A stretch of DNA of 55,561 nucleotides from Bacteroidia bacterium (GTDB taxonomy: Bacteria > Bacteroidota > Bacteroidia > NS11-12g > UBA955), in NCBI GenBank assembly GCA_044360435.1, contig JBIKKI010000002.1, positions 1-55,561 of the forward strand, read 5' to 3'. The notes beneath the pieces are model-generated. The model was not told the origin of the DNA. It saw nothing but the letters and a program-made list of their open reading frames with translations, and ran no database searches. How positions within the stretch are numbered: the stretch's first letter is position 1; every line of letters starts with the position of its first letter. Made by a program: the position numbers and the translations under genes. Positions 9,816-17,273 of the stretch are shown here, one piece after another.

Positions 9816-9826
9816 GCTACGGATTG

Positions 9827-9900
9827 CGGAACGGACGGGACTCGAACCCGCGACCTCCGCCGTGACAGGGCGGCATTCTAACCAACTGAACTACCGATCC
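9827..9900 (-). tRNA. tRNA-Asp (anticodon GTC); CCA is not encoded
   Basis: The reverse complement is GGATCGGTAGTTCAGTTGGTTAGAATGCCGCCCTGTCACGGCGGAGGTCGCGGGTTCGAGTCCCGTCCGTTCCG. It folds as a cloverleaf with anticodon loop CTGTCAC. It is nearly identical to E. coli tRNA-Asp in the D, T and acceptor 3' regions. Confidence 0.95.
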
Positions 9901-9992
9901 GTAAAAGAACATTGTCATTTATTTTTAAAGTCTTGAGGCGACAACCGTTTGACTTATTCCCGTTTGAATATTGTTCTATCCTTACGGGAGTG

Positions 9993-10000
9993 CAAAGATA
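9993..10000 (-). promoter_or_regulatory. Candidate Bacteroidota -7 box (TATCTTTG) for tRNA-Asp
   Basis: This is a perfect TAnnTTTG match on the minus strand, ~90 nt upstream of the mature tRNA 5' end, in the nhaA-tRNA spacer. Confidence 0.35.
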
Positions 10001-10031
10001 AAAGACCTGTTTTCAAATTTGCAAGACCATT

Positions 10032-11240
10032 TTAGAAATCCGCAGATTTTTTTGTGTTAGGCGTGAAAAACCTCAGGAACAATAAGCCAAGAATGGCTGC
10101 GGTAGCACTCGCCAGAAGAATGCTGATTTTGCCCAACTGAATAAAAGATGGTTCATGGAATGCCAGATTGGTGATGAATATGGACATCGTAAATCCTATC
10201 CCTGCCAGCATTCCCGCGCCCAATACATGCGCAAAGCGCACGCCTTTGCCAAGTTTCGTGAATCCGAGTGCGTTGCTCGCATAAGCAAATAAGGTGATTC
10301 CCAGCGGCTTCCCGATAAGTAGCCCAAGGAAAATACCCATACTTTCTGCATTCCCCAGTGATTGCATCATTTCTGATTCAAGTATCAGTGCGGTATTCGC
10401 CAAGGCGAACAGCGGGATGATGATAAATGCAACGGGCTGATGCAGGGCATGTTGCAGTTTGTAAGAAACACTTGATTTTGTTCCTTGTTCAAATGGAATG
10501 ACAAATGCAAGCAATACGCCTGTAATGGTAGCATGTATTCCGGAATGCATCATGAAAATCCACATCAGCAGACCCGCCGGAAGGTAAATCCACAAATTCG
10601 TAATGCCGCGCCTCGCAAGGATGAGGAGGAAGGCCAGAATGGCCATGGCAATTCCAAAATACAACAGTGAAAATCCATGTCCGTAAAAAATGGCAATCAC
10701 GAGAATGGCACCAAGATCATCGATAATAGCCAGTGCAGTGAGGAATACTTTGATGCTTAAAGGCACCCGTCCGCCCACAAAACTCATGATGGCAATGGCA
10801 AATGCAATATCTGTAGCCGTTGGAATCCCAATGCCGCTAAGGGTGTCAGTACCACGGTTGAACAACCAGTAAATCAACGCCGGAACCACCATCCCGCCCA
10901 ATGCGCCAATCACGGGCAATAGTGCGCGCTTGCGGTCACTGAGTTCACCGATGTATAGCTCTCGTTCAATTTCCAGTCCCACCATCAGAAAGAAAATGGT
11001 CATCAATCCGTCGTTGATCCAGTTGGCGATGCTCAGGTTGAAGTCCAGGGAACCCAAATTAAAGCCTACCTTGTATTCCCAGATGGAAGCATAGGAACTG
11101 CCGATGCTGCTGTTGGCAATGAATAGTGATATTACCGTGCAGCCGAAGAGCAGCACGCCGGAAACTTTTTCGCTTTTCAGGAAGTCCTTGAAAAGGGCCG
11201 TTAACCTGAGCGACTTGCCGCTGTTTTTTCCTCCCGACAT
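10032..11240 (-). CDS. nhaA: Na+/H+ antiporter NhaA
   Basis: It is a 402-aa polytopic membrane protein. NhaA-like segments include FLKSEKVSGVLLF....IANS and AIIDDLGAILVIAIFY. Confidence 0.93.
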   Translation of the reverse strand: MSGGKNSGKSLRLTALFKDFLKSEKVSGVLLFGCTVISLFIANSSIGSSYASIWEYKVGFNLGSLDFNLSIANWINDGLMTIFFLMVGLEIERELYIGELSDRKRALLPVIGALGGMVVPALIYWLFNRGTDTLSGIGIPTATDIAFAIAIMSFVGGRVPLSIKVFLTALAIIDDLGAILVIAIFYGHGFSLLYFGIAMAILAFLLILARRGITNLWIYLPAGLLMWIFMMHSGIHATITGVLLAFVIPFEQGTKSSVSYKLQHALHQPVAFIIIPLFALANTALILESEMMQSLGNAESMGIFLGLLIGKPLGITLFAYASNALGFTKLGKGVRFAHVLGAGMLAGIGFTMSIFITNLAFHEPSFIQLGKISILLASATAAILGLLFLRFFTPNTKKSADF

Positions 11241-11244
11241 CCGG

Positions 11245-11252
11245 CAAAATTA
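11245..11252 (-). promoter_or_regulatory. Candidate -7 box (TAATTTTG) for nhaA
   Basis: The minus strand reads TAATTTTG-CCGG-ATG, a perfect TAnnTTTG match 4 nt before the nhaA start codon. Confidence 0.45.
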
Positions 11253-11274
11253 AAGGTTTGATTCAAGCGGACTC

Positions 11275-11282
11275 TATTTTTG
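11275..11282 (+). promoter_or_regulatory. Candidate -7 box (TATTTTTG) for ribD
   Basis: The sequence reads TATTTTTG-AAGG-ATG, a perfect TAnnTTTG match 4 nt before the ribD ATG at 11287. An alternative in-frame ATG lies at 11317. Confidence 0.45.
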
Positions 11283-11286
11283 AAGG

Positions 11287-12318
11287 ATGGTCGATGAAAG
11301 GCTTCACTATTTGTGGATGCGTCGCTGTTTTGAACTGGCGCAACGCGGCCTTGGAACAACTGCGCCAAATCCACTGGTTGGTTGTGTTATTGTGCAGCAA
11401 AACCGAATCATCGGCGAAGGTTGGCATCAGAAATACGGAGGCCCTCATGCGGAAGTAGCGGCGGTTGCGTCTTCCGGCCTGTCGCGTATTCCTTCCGATG
11501 CTGTAGTGTACGTAAACCTGGAACCATGTGCACATTTTGGCAAAACACCACCATGTGCCAATATGCTTGTGGAATTAGGCGCCAAATATGTAGTTACGGC
11601 CATGCAGGATCCTTTCCCTGCCGTGCAGGGTAAAGGCTTACAAATACTGCGCGAAGCCGGTGTTTTTGTGGTAACAGATGTACTTTCTGAAGAAGCAAGA
11701 TGGCTCAATCGCCGGTTTCTATGCGCGGTGACTCAAAAGCGACCTTGGGTTATTCTAAAATGGGCTGAAACTGCCGATGGATTTATGGCTGATCTGCAGG
11801 CGCATCGTCGGCAGATTTCCGGCGCAGCCGCACAAATATTGCTGCATCAATGGCGCTCTGAAGAAGGTGCTTTTCTTATTGGAAGAAAAACGGCTCAATC
11901 TGATCGCGCCTTCCTGACCAATCGTTTTTTTGGAAGCAGGCAGCCATTGCGCATCGTGGCCGATCCTCAACTTGCGCTGAACCCCGATCTTCCGCTCTTT
12001 AATCCCCAGGCCAAAACCTGGATCCTCAATGAACACAAGTCGCATGAAGATGGTCATCTGCGCTGGGTTGCGTATGGTTCTGATTTTTTCGAGGTGCTGT
12101 TCGCACAACTGCAAGAAGCCGGAATCCAATCGTTGGTGGTGGAAGGTGGCCCGGAAACCTTACAACGGTTCATAGCTGCGGGTTATGTCGATGAAGTCCG
12201 TATCATTCGCTCAAAAAAGCAATATTGGGGAAATGGAATTCCAGCTCCGGTGGTGCATGGAACCCTGAAGGAATCCATGCAGTTAAAAGAGGATGAAGTC
12301 CTCACCTTTGCAATATGA
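11287..12318 (+). CDS. ribD: Bifunctional riboflavin biosynthesis protein RibD (pyrimidine deaminase / uracil reductase)
   Basis: The deaminase zinc motifs HAEVAA and EPCAHFGKTPPC are present. The N-terminus (MRRCFELAQRG..TAPNPLVGCVIV) parallels E. coli RibD. A C-terminal reductase domain follows. Confidence 0.93.
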   Translation: MVDERLHYLWMRRCFELAQRGLGTTAPNPLVGCVIVQQNRIIGEGWHQKYGGPHAEVAAVASSGLSRIPSDAVVYVNLEPCAHFGKTPPCANMLVELGAKYVVTAMQDPFPAVQGKGLQILREAGVFVVTDVLSEEARWLNRRFLCAVTQKRPWVILKWAETADGFMADLQAHRRQISGAAAQILLHQWRSEEGAFLIGRKTAQSDRAFLTNRFFGSRQPLRIVADPQLALNPDLPLFNPQAKTWILNEHKSHEDGHLRWVAYGSDFFEVLFAQLQEAGIQSLVVEGGPETLQRFIAAGYVDEVRIIRSKKQYWGNGIPAPVVHGTLKESMQLKEDEVLTFAI

Positions 12319-13190
12319 TTTGGCTCATTTGTTCCATCATGCTTTCGGCATCGCTGATGCTCATATTCCGATGGTTCTCTAAAGTTGGTATTCATACCCA
12401 AACGGCCATTGTGGTGAATTATCTGGTCTGCATTATTACCGGTACCGCCCTGGCTGGTAATAACCACATCTTTCACGGCGATTTGCCCGGAAAGCCTTGG
12501 TTCTGGCCTTGTTTGCTCCTCGGCATTTTGTTCATATTGGTGTTCAGCGCCATGGGGCAATCTGCACGCGTTGCAGGAAGTGCCTTAACCGCAATGGCAT
12601 CGAAAATGGGTTTACTCATTCCGGTGTTTATGGCCGTGTTGTTTCTGGGTGAAGCCTGGAATTGGACCATTATTCCTGGTTTGTTGTGCACCCTGTTCGC
12701 CCTGGTGATGTTGAATCCCCGGCGCAATGGTGCCGGTGCCCAAATGGATATACAAGCGCTGATTTTGCTTCTGGTGGTGTTCTTCGGTTCCGGTTTTGTA
12801 GATGCCGGCGTGAAACTCATCCAGCATTTTTATCTGGCAGAAAGCAGCGCCGATGAAACCATTACGCTCATTTTTTCCGGGGCTTTCATCACCGGTCTCA
12901 CCCAGCAAATATTCACAAGAAAATCATCAGCCAATAAACTCAGCCTGAAAGATCTGGGCGGGGGCGTATTGCTGGGCATTTGCAATTACGGTTCCATGTA
13001 CACCCTGATTCAGGCTTTGGATACCAGCGGACTTCCCGGATCGTTTTTATTTCCGGTGAACAACCTCGGTGTGGTCATGGTAACTACTGCTGCGGCCATG
13101 CTGCTGTTTCGGGAAGTGCTTACACGCAGGCAATGGCTGGGCCTGAGCTGCGCAGCTATTGCCATCATCCTGCTCAGTATAGGCGCGTAA
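12315..13190 (+). CDS. Polytopic membrane protein, probably a DMT (EamA-like) superfamily transporter
   Basis: It is 291 aa with about 10 hydrophobic segments in two halves. Its start overlaps the ribD stop (ATGA). I saw no specific motif, so the family call is tentative. Confidence 0.5.
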   Translation: MIWLICSIMLSASLMLIFRWFSKVGIHTQTAIVVNYLVCIITGTALAGNNHIFHGDLPGKPWFWPCLLLGILFILVFSAMGQSARVAGSALTAMASKMGLLIPVFMAVLFLGEAWNWTIIPGLLCTLFALVMLNPRRNGAGAQMDIQALILLLVVFFGSGFVDAGVKLIQHFYLAESSADETITLIFSGAFITGLTQQIFTRKSSANKLSLKDLGGGVLLGICNYGSMYTLIQALDTSGLPGSFLFPVNNLGVVMVTTAAAMLLFREVLTRRQWLGLSCAAIAIILLSIGA

Positions 13191-13201
13191 ATGTGCAGCG
13201 T

Positions 13202-14416
13202 TCAGCGGCAGATGTCGCGAATAGACTGCTTCACCGCCCATAAGGTGTACCACCACAAGAGGGCCGACACGAGCAATACCAGCACGGTGGCTTCCCATGA
13301 TGGCCAAAGGCTTGTTTCGAATCCTTTTTCTTCCAAGAAAATTCCCATCCACACCTGCGCGGCTGCCATGCCCAGGATGGAAATAAATGTAACGCCTGCG
13401 AGCAAGCGGGTAAACGAACCTGCGATCGGCGCTGCAATCATGCGCGGCGTGTATCCAATGAGAAAGAGCACATTGATGTCGCGTGCCGCACGATAAGCAA
13501 GGATTTGACTAAACTGAATCAAACCGAGCAACGACAATAAAACCACCAGAATGCCAAGGCTGAGTACAATGCTCAATACAATCAGCAACAAGGTGTTGAG
13601 CCTGGATGTTTTCAACTTATCGCCACCTGCTATTTCATAGGTCTGTGCTGAAAAAAAGCGATTTATTTCCGGGGAAGCGGGGTCTTGGGCGGCAACAATC
13701 AGGCGATCCGGGAGGTCCTTCGTGCCGGTGCCATATTCCGTATTTGCCCAGGTTAAAAAAGCGTCCGGAACCAAAACTGAAGGAACACGTTCGGTAAAAC
13801 CGGCGATATAGGCTTTGAAATATGCCGATTTTCCACGGCCTGTAATCAAAACGTCAAACCGGATGTTTTTCAGCACCGATTCAGGCACGATGGGCAAGCC
13901 CTGACCGCGGGCAAAGCCGAAATTGTACATTTTGAGGTAGTCGGAAGGAATGATCATGGGCAGCTCGGCATCGCCGGGTTGCCAGTCCCACGAAATGTCT
14001 TCCAGTTCCAGAAAACCATCGGGTACCGACTCGAAAAACAAGTCTGTCGTTAAACCGGGAATTTCCGAACCCATTCCCGCGTTGAACTGCGCCCGCACCT
14101 TAAAGGAACTGCTTCTGAAGGAGCCGATTTTACTTACACCTTTTACCTGTTGCAGCGCGGCAACATCCTGCGGCGAAAACCGACCGGCGGAACCGGAAAT
14201 GGTATTCAGCAGCGAAACCTTTTTGTTGATGACCAGAAAATCAGCACCGAGCAAGTCTTTTTGCCGAGATAAGATTTTGTGGAAGGTGAGGTAAGCCTGG
14301 CTGCAGGTTCCCAGCAGAAACAAACCGGCAAACGCTCCGCACAGGGCCAGGGCAAGCTGTTTTTTGCTGCCTGAACTGTTGATGAGCCGATGCAATAAGC
14401 CTTTCTGTTGTTTCAT
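13202..14416 (-). CDS. ABC transporter permease, FtsX/MacB-type (4 TM with a large extracytoplasmic domain)
   Basis: It has an N-terminal TM (LALALCGAFAGLFLLG), a ~250-aa soluble domain and three C-terminal TMs. Its start overlaps the ATPase stop (ATGA). Confidence 0.75.
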   Translation of the reverse strand: MKQQKGLLHRLINSSGSKKQLALALCGAFAGLFLLGTCSQAYLTFHKILSRQKDLLGADFLVINKKVSLLNTISGSAGRFSPQDVAALQQVKGVSKIGSFRSSSFKVRAQFNAGMGSEIPGLTTDLFFESVPDGFLELEDISWDWQPGDAELPMIIPSDYLKMYNFGFARGQGLPIVPESVLKNIRFDVLITGRGKSAYFKAYIAGFTERVPSVLVPDAFLTWANTEYGTGTKDLPDRLIVAAQDPASPEINRFFSAQTYEIAGGDKLKTSRLNTLLLIVLSIVLSLGILVVLLSLLGLIQFSQILAYRAARDINVLFLIGYTPRMIAAPIAGSFTRLLAGVTFISILGMAAAQVWMGIFLEEKGFETSLWPSWEATVLVLLVSALLWWYTLWAVKQSIRDICR

Positions 14417-15054
14417 ACGCTGAGCAGTTGGAAGGAATGCGGCAGGCGGTGGTCCTGATCCAGGCCGGTAATCATCACTGCAGCATTTTGCGCAGCGGCC
14501 TGCTCCATGACCAATTCAATGACCAGGTCGGCATTCGTGCGGTCTAAATGACTTGTGGGTTCGTCTAAAAACAAGTATTGAAATGGCTGACACAAGGCGC
14601 GAACCACCGCTAATCTCTGCTGTTGGCCCATGCTTAGTTGTCCGCAGGGTTTGTCCAAATATGGCGCCAGTCCGAGGCGTTCAGCCATAGCCGTTGCCTG
14701 ATGGATGGAAAACGAAGTTCCAAGGTCACATTTCAATTTCAGGTTGTCGTGCGCGCTCAGTTGCGGAAACAACTTCAAATCCTGAAATACGCAGGCCAAG
14801 GTATTTTGTCTGAGGTTAGACCAATCAGAGGCGCTTAAACCGGAGGCCGGACGTTCGTTAATTTCATAATTACCGCTGTAATCATGCCGTATGCCGTAGG
14901 CAATATTCACCAGGGTTGATTTTCCCCGGCCTGAAGAGGCGATGATGGCGAAGTGATTTCCGGGATGCACTTCCAGCCTCGAGCGCCAAACACTGTTTTG
15001 TGCGGCCTGTTCAGCCAGTGGAACAGGGAGGATATGGTCAAATATCAGCGCCAT
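14413..15054 (-). CDS. ABC transporter ATP-binding protein
   Basis: It carries Walker A (SSGRGKST), the signature LSMGQQQR and Walker B (LFLDEPTSHLD). I chose the start at MALIFDHIL (15054). It overlaps the last 17 nt of the upstream gene. The track ORF extends to 15099. Confidence 0.88.
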   Translation of the reverse strand: MALIFDHILPVPLAEQAAQNSVWRSRLEVHPGNHFAIIASSGRGKSTLVNIAYGIRHDYSGNYEINERPASGLSASDWSNLRQNTLACVFQDLKLFPQLSAHDNLKLKCDLGTSFSIHQATAMAERLGLAPYLDKPCGQLSMGQQQRLAVVRALCQPFQYLFLDEPTSHLDRTNADLVIELVMEQAAAQNAAVMITGLDQDHRLPHSFQLLSV

Positions 15055-16612
15055 TTTTTGCGGCATCAAGAACCATTTCCAGAATCTGCGCAAGGGCATT
15101 TTCCTTCTGATCCTTCATCACCAGTTTGAAGGTGCTTCGCTCCGTTGTTCCGCTGGCCACAACGTGTGAAAAACGTTTCATGTTGCGCATGACAACTGCT
15201 CGCTCCCGCGATGACATGTTTTGTTCCAGCATCCAGTAGGGGAAATGATCCTCATCGAAATCAATCCAAATTTGAAATGGTTGATCAAAGAAATCATCCG
15301 GCAGGCGCTTGTCACGCCAAATCTTATAGCTTCCATCATGGTGAAGGCCTGAAACAAGTTTCATCATCCCGTTTTCCTTATTCAGGGCAATGGGTAAAGG
15401 TGACGCTGCTTGTGGTGCCTCTGTTTCATCAAATGCATAGGCCGAAGAGTTGTCCGCAAGACGTTGCATATAGCTATTCAAACCCAGGTTAAACAGGGCC
15501 AGTGATGAGTCGAGTTTTGGCGACTGCTCAGCCAAACCTACGCGCATGGCCATGCCCAAATTGCCTGAAAGCAAAGGGTTTTCCATGTTCGGAACAGCGG
15601 GGCTTCCCTGATTCCACATCTGCATACTGAACCCATTGCCCAACTCTTTCAGATACGACATGAGTTCGCTGTTCATCACTTCGGTGCCCATGGATTCAGA
15701 AGTATTTTTGTCCTGCAACAAATAGTCAATCAGGGGATTGATTTTCAGTGCATACGACATGTGAAAAAACGGTACAATGCCATTGGGTGTGGTGTTGAAT
15801 GATTTGTTGGATTTCGATTCAATGAATGACTTTGCACCTTTCTGAACAGCATCCATCACTATTTCTCCGTCTTTGAACTCCAGCGTTCCACCGGCAAAAT
15901 CCCCAAACATTTTGCTTTGGAAGGGCGTGATTCCACCACGCATGGATTCCAGTGCATCTGGAAGTGTTTTTCCATTGACACACCAGGAAACAGCCGCTTT
16001 TTTGTTTAGGATTTCAGCCATTTCTTCTTTGGAACTGATGTTTGCCTCATAGGTAAGATTCAGGTGGTCGCTGATCAGATCCTTCTGGCGACGGCCCCGC
16101 ATCGACAGAATCATCAACACTTCTTTATTCCATCCCCAATATTCAGAGCTGCGCACTTTCATGAAGTACTGATTGTCTTCAAGGTCGATGTCTTCATGGT
16201 CTTTCACATGGTCATTGATGCAGTTTTTCAACAGGTTGGGGTCGTTTACCGACAGCAGGAATGCCGTGTATGTGACGCCTTTTTCAGTCCGCATAAATAC
16301 ATACGAAGGCTTCAGCCAGTTGATGCCTGTTTCCTTCGGATTGCTCATCGACTGGGAAAGCAATGCGGGAAAAGGGTCAGATTTATCCTTCATATCCGCA
16401 ATGGCTTTTTCAAACGATTCACTCTTTTTTAATGCTTCAAGATCCAAGCCGTTCAGGATAGACTTAGGGTCGATTTTCACCACCAGGGAAGCATTGTCCG
16501 GAATGTATTTTTGAAGCTTGTCGCCACGGCCACTAAAAAAGACGAAGTAAGAACCTGCGGCAAGTGCAACAAGGCCCACGCCAAGTAGGCTATATTTGAA
16601 AATGGGTTTCAT
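15038..16612 (-). CDS. Membrane-anchored or secreted hypothetical protein (DUF4836-like)
   Basis: It has an N-terminal hydrophobic anchor (MKPIFKYSLLGVGLVALAAGSYFVFF). The following KYIPDNASLVVKIDPKSIL resembles the start of the Bacteroidota DUF4836 family. I saw no catalytic motif. Confidence 0.5.
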   Translation of the reverse strand: MKPIFKYSLLGVGLVALAAGSYFVFFSGRGDKLQKYIPDNASLVVKIDPKSILNGLDLEALKKSESFEKAIADMKDKSDPFPALLSQSMSNPKETGINWLKPSYVFMRTEKGVTYTAFLLSVNDPNLLKNCINDHVKDHEDIDLEDNQYFMKVRSSEYWGWNKEVLMILSMRGRRQKDLISDHLNLTYEANISSKEEMAEILNKKAAVSWCVNGKTLPDALESMRGGITPFQSKMFGDFAGGTLEFKDGEIVMDAVQKGAKSFIESKSNKSFNTTPNGIVPFFHMSYALKINPLIDYLLQDKNTSESMGTEVMNSELMSYLKELGNGFSMQMWNQGSPAVPNMENPLLSGNLGMAMRVGLAEQSPKLDSSLALFNLGLNSYMQRLADNSSAYAFDETEAPQAASPLPIALNKENGMMKLVSGLHHDGSYKIWRDKRLPDDFFDQPFQIWIDFDEDHFPYWMLEQNMSSRERAVVMRNMKRFSHVVASGTTERSTFKLVMKDQKENALAQILEMVLDAAKNGADI

Positions 16613-16709
16613 AGCGTTGAGGCCGCAATATCGCAAAACAGAATGAAGCCTTTAACAGCGCCTTGTAAAGAATTCCATGCAACCTTTTAGGCAAACCTCC
16701 GACTAATGC

Positions 16710-17273
16710 ATGAAAAAAAGGGTGGATGTCATCCAGTCGCTTCTATCCGGATGCCGGCAAGGTAATCGGAGGGCCCAACATGAACTCTTCACGTTGTTTG
16801 GTCCCCGAATGCTTGGCGTGTGTCGGCGCTATTGCGCCAATCCGGATGATGCCCGAGATGCATTCCAGGAAGGATTTATAAAAGTGTACGCAACATTGGA
16901 TAAATATCGTGGCGAAAGCGCTTTTGAAACCTGGATTACCCGAATATTCATCAATACATCCATAGATCATTTCAAGAAAAAACAGAAGCTAAATCTGAAG
17001 GAAACAACGCTGCCGGAAGAATTGGGTGCTGAACTGGGTGATCAGGATGCTGAGTCATGGTCATTTCCCTGTACGCCTGAACAGGCTCTGGAGGCGCTGG
17101 ATCAATTGCCGGCCGGGTACAGAATGGTTTTCAACTTATATGCGTTGGAAAACATGAGTCATAAGGAAATTGCCGTTTTACTCGGAATCTCTGAAGGAAC
17201 CAGCAAAAGCCAATACGCACGTGCCCGGAAGTTCCTGCAGCATATACTCACGCCTAAAACTGCTTCGCATTGA
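16710..17273 (+). CDS. ECF-type RNA polymerase sigma-70 family factor
   Basis: Region 2 reads DDARDAFQEGFIKVY..L..YRGESAFETWITRIFINTSIDHFKK. Region 4 reads LPAGYRMVFNLYALENMSHKEIAVLLGISEGTSKSQYARARKFL. Confidence 0.92.
   Translation: MKKRVDVIQSLLSGCRQGNRRAQHELFTLFGPRMLGVCRRYCANPDDARDAFQEGFIKVYATLDKYRGESAFETWITRIFINTSIDHFKKKQKLNLKETTLPEELGAELGDQDAESWSFPCTPEQALEALDQLPAGYRMVFNLYALENMSHKEIAVLLGISEGTSKSQYARARKFLQHILTPKTASH

Noticed and set aside
9455-9900. A split or intron-containing tRNA-Asp with the GIY-YIG gene as an intron-encoded homing endonuclease
   Set aside because: The upstream tRNA is complete and followed by its own terminator. No convincing tRNA 5' half precedes the remnant, and I recognised no group I intron core elements.
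11257-11260. Upstream TTTG elements as -33 boxes paired with the -7 boxes (also at 32965-32968 and 47966-47969)
   Set aside because: The spacing to the -7 box is only 13-15 nt, shorter than the ~17-21 nt reported for Bacteroidota promoters. TTTG is also too short to be significant alone.
11241-11286. An FMN riboswitch upstream of ribD
   Set aside because: The spacer is only 46 bp and is occupied by two divergent -7 boxes. An FMN element needs well over 100 nt.
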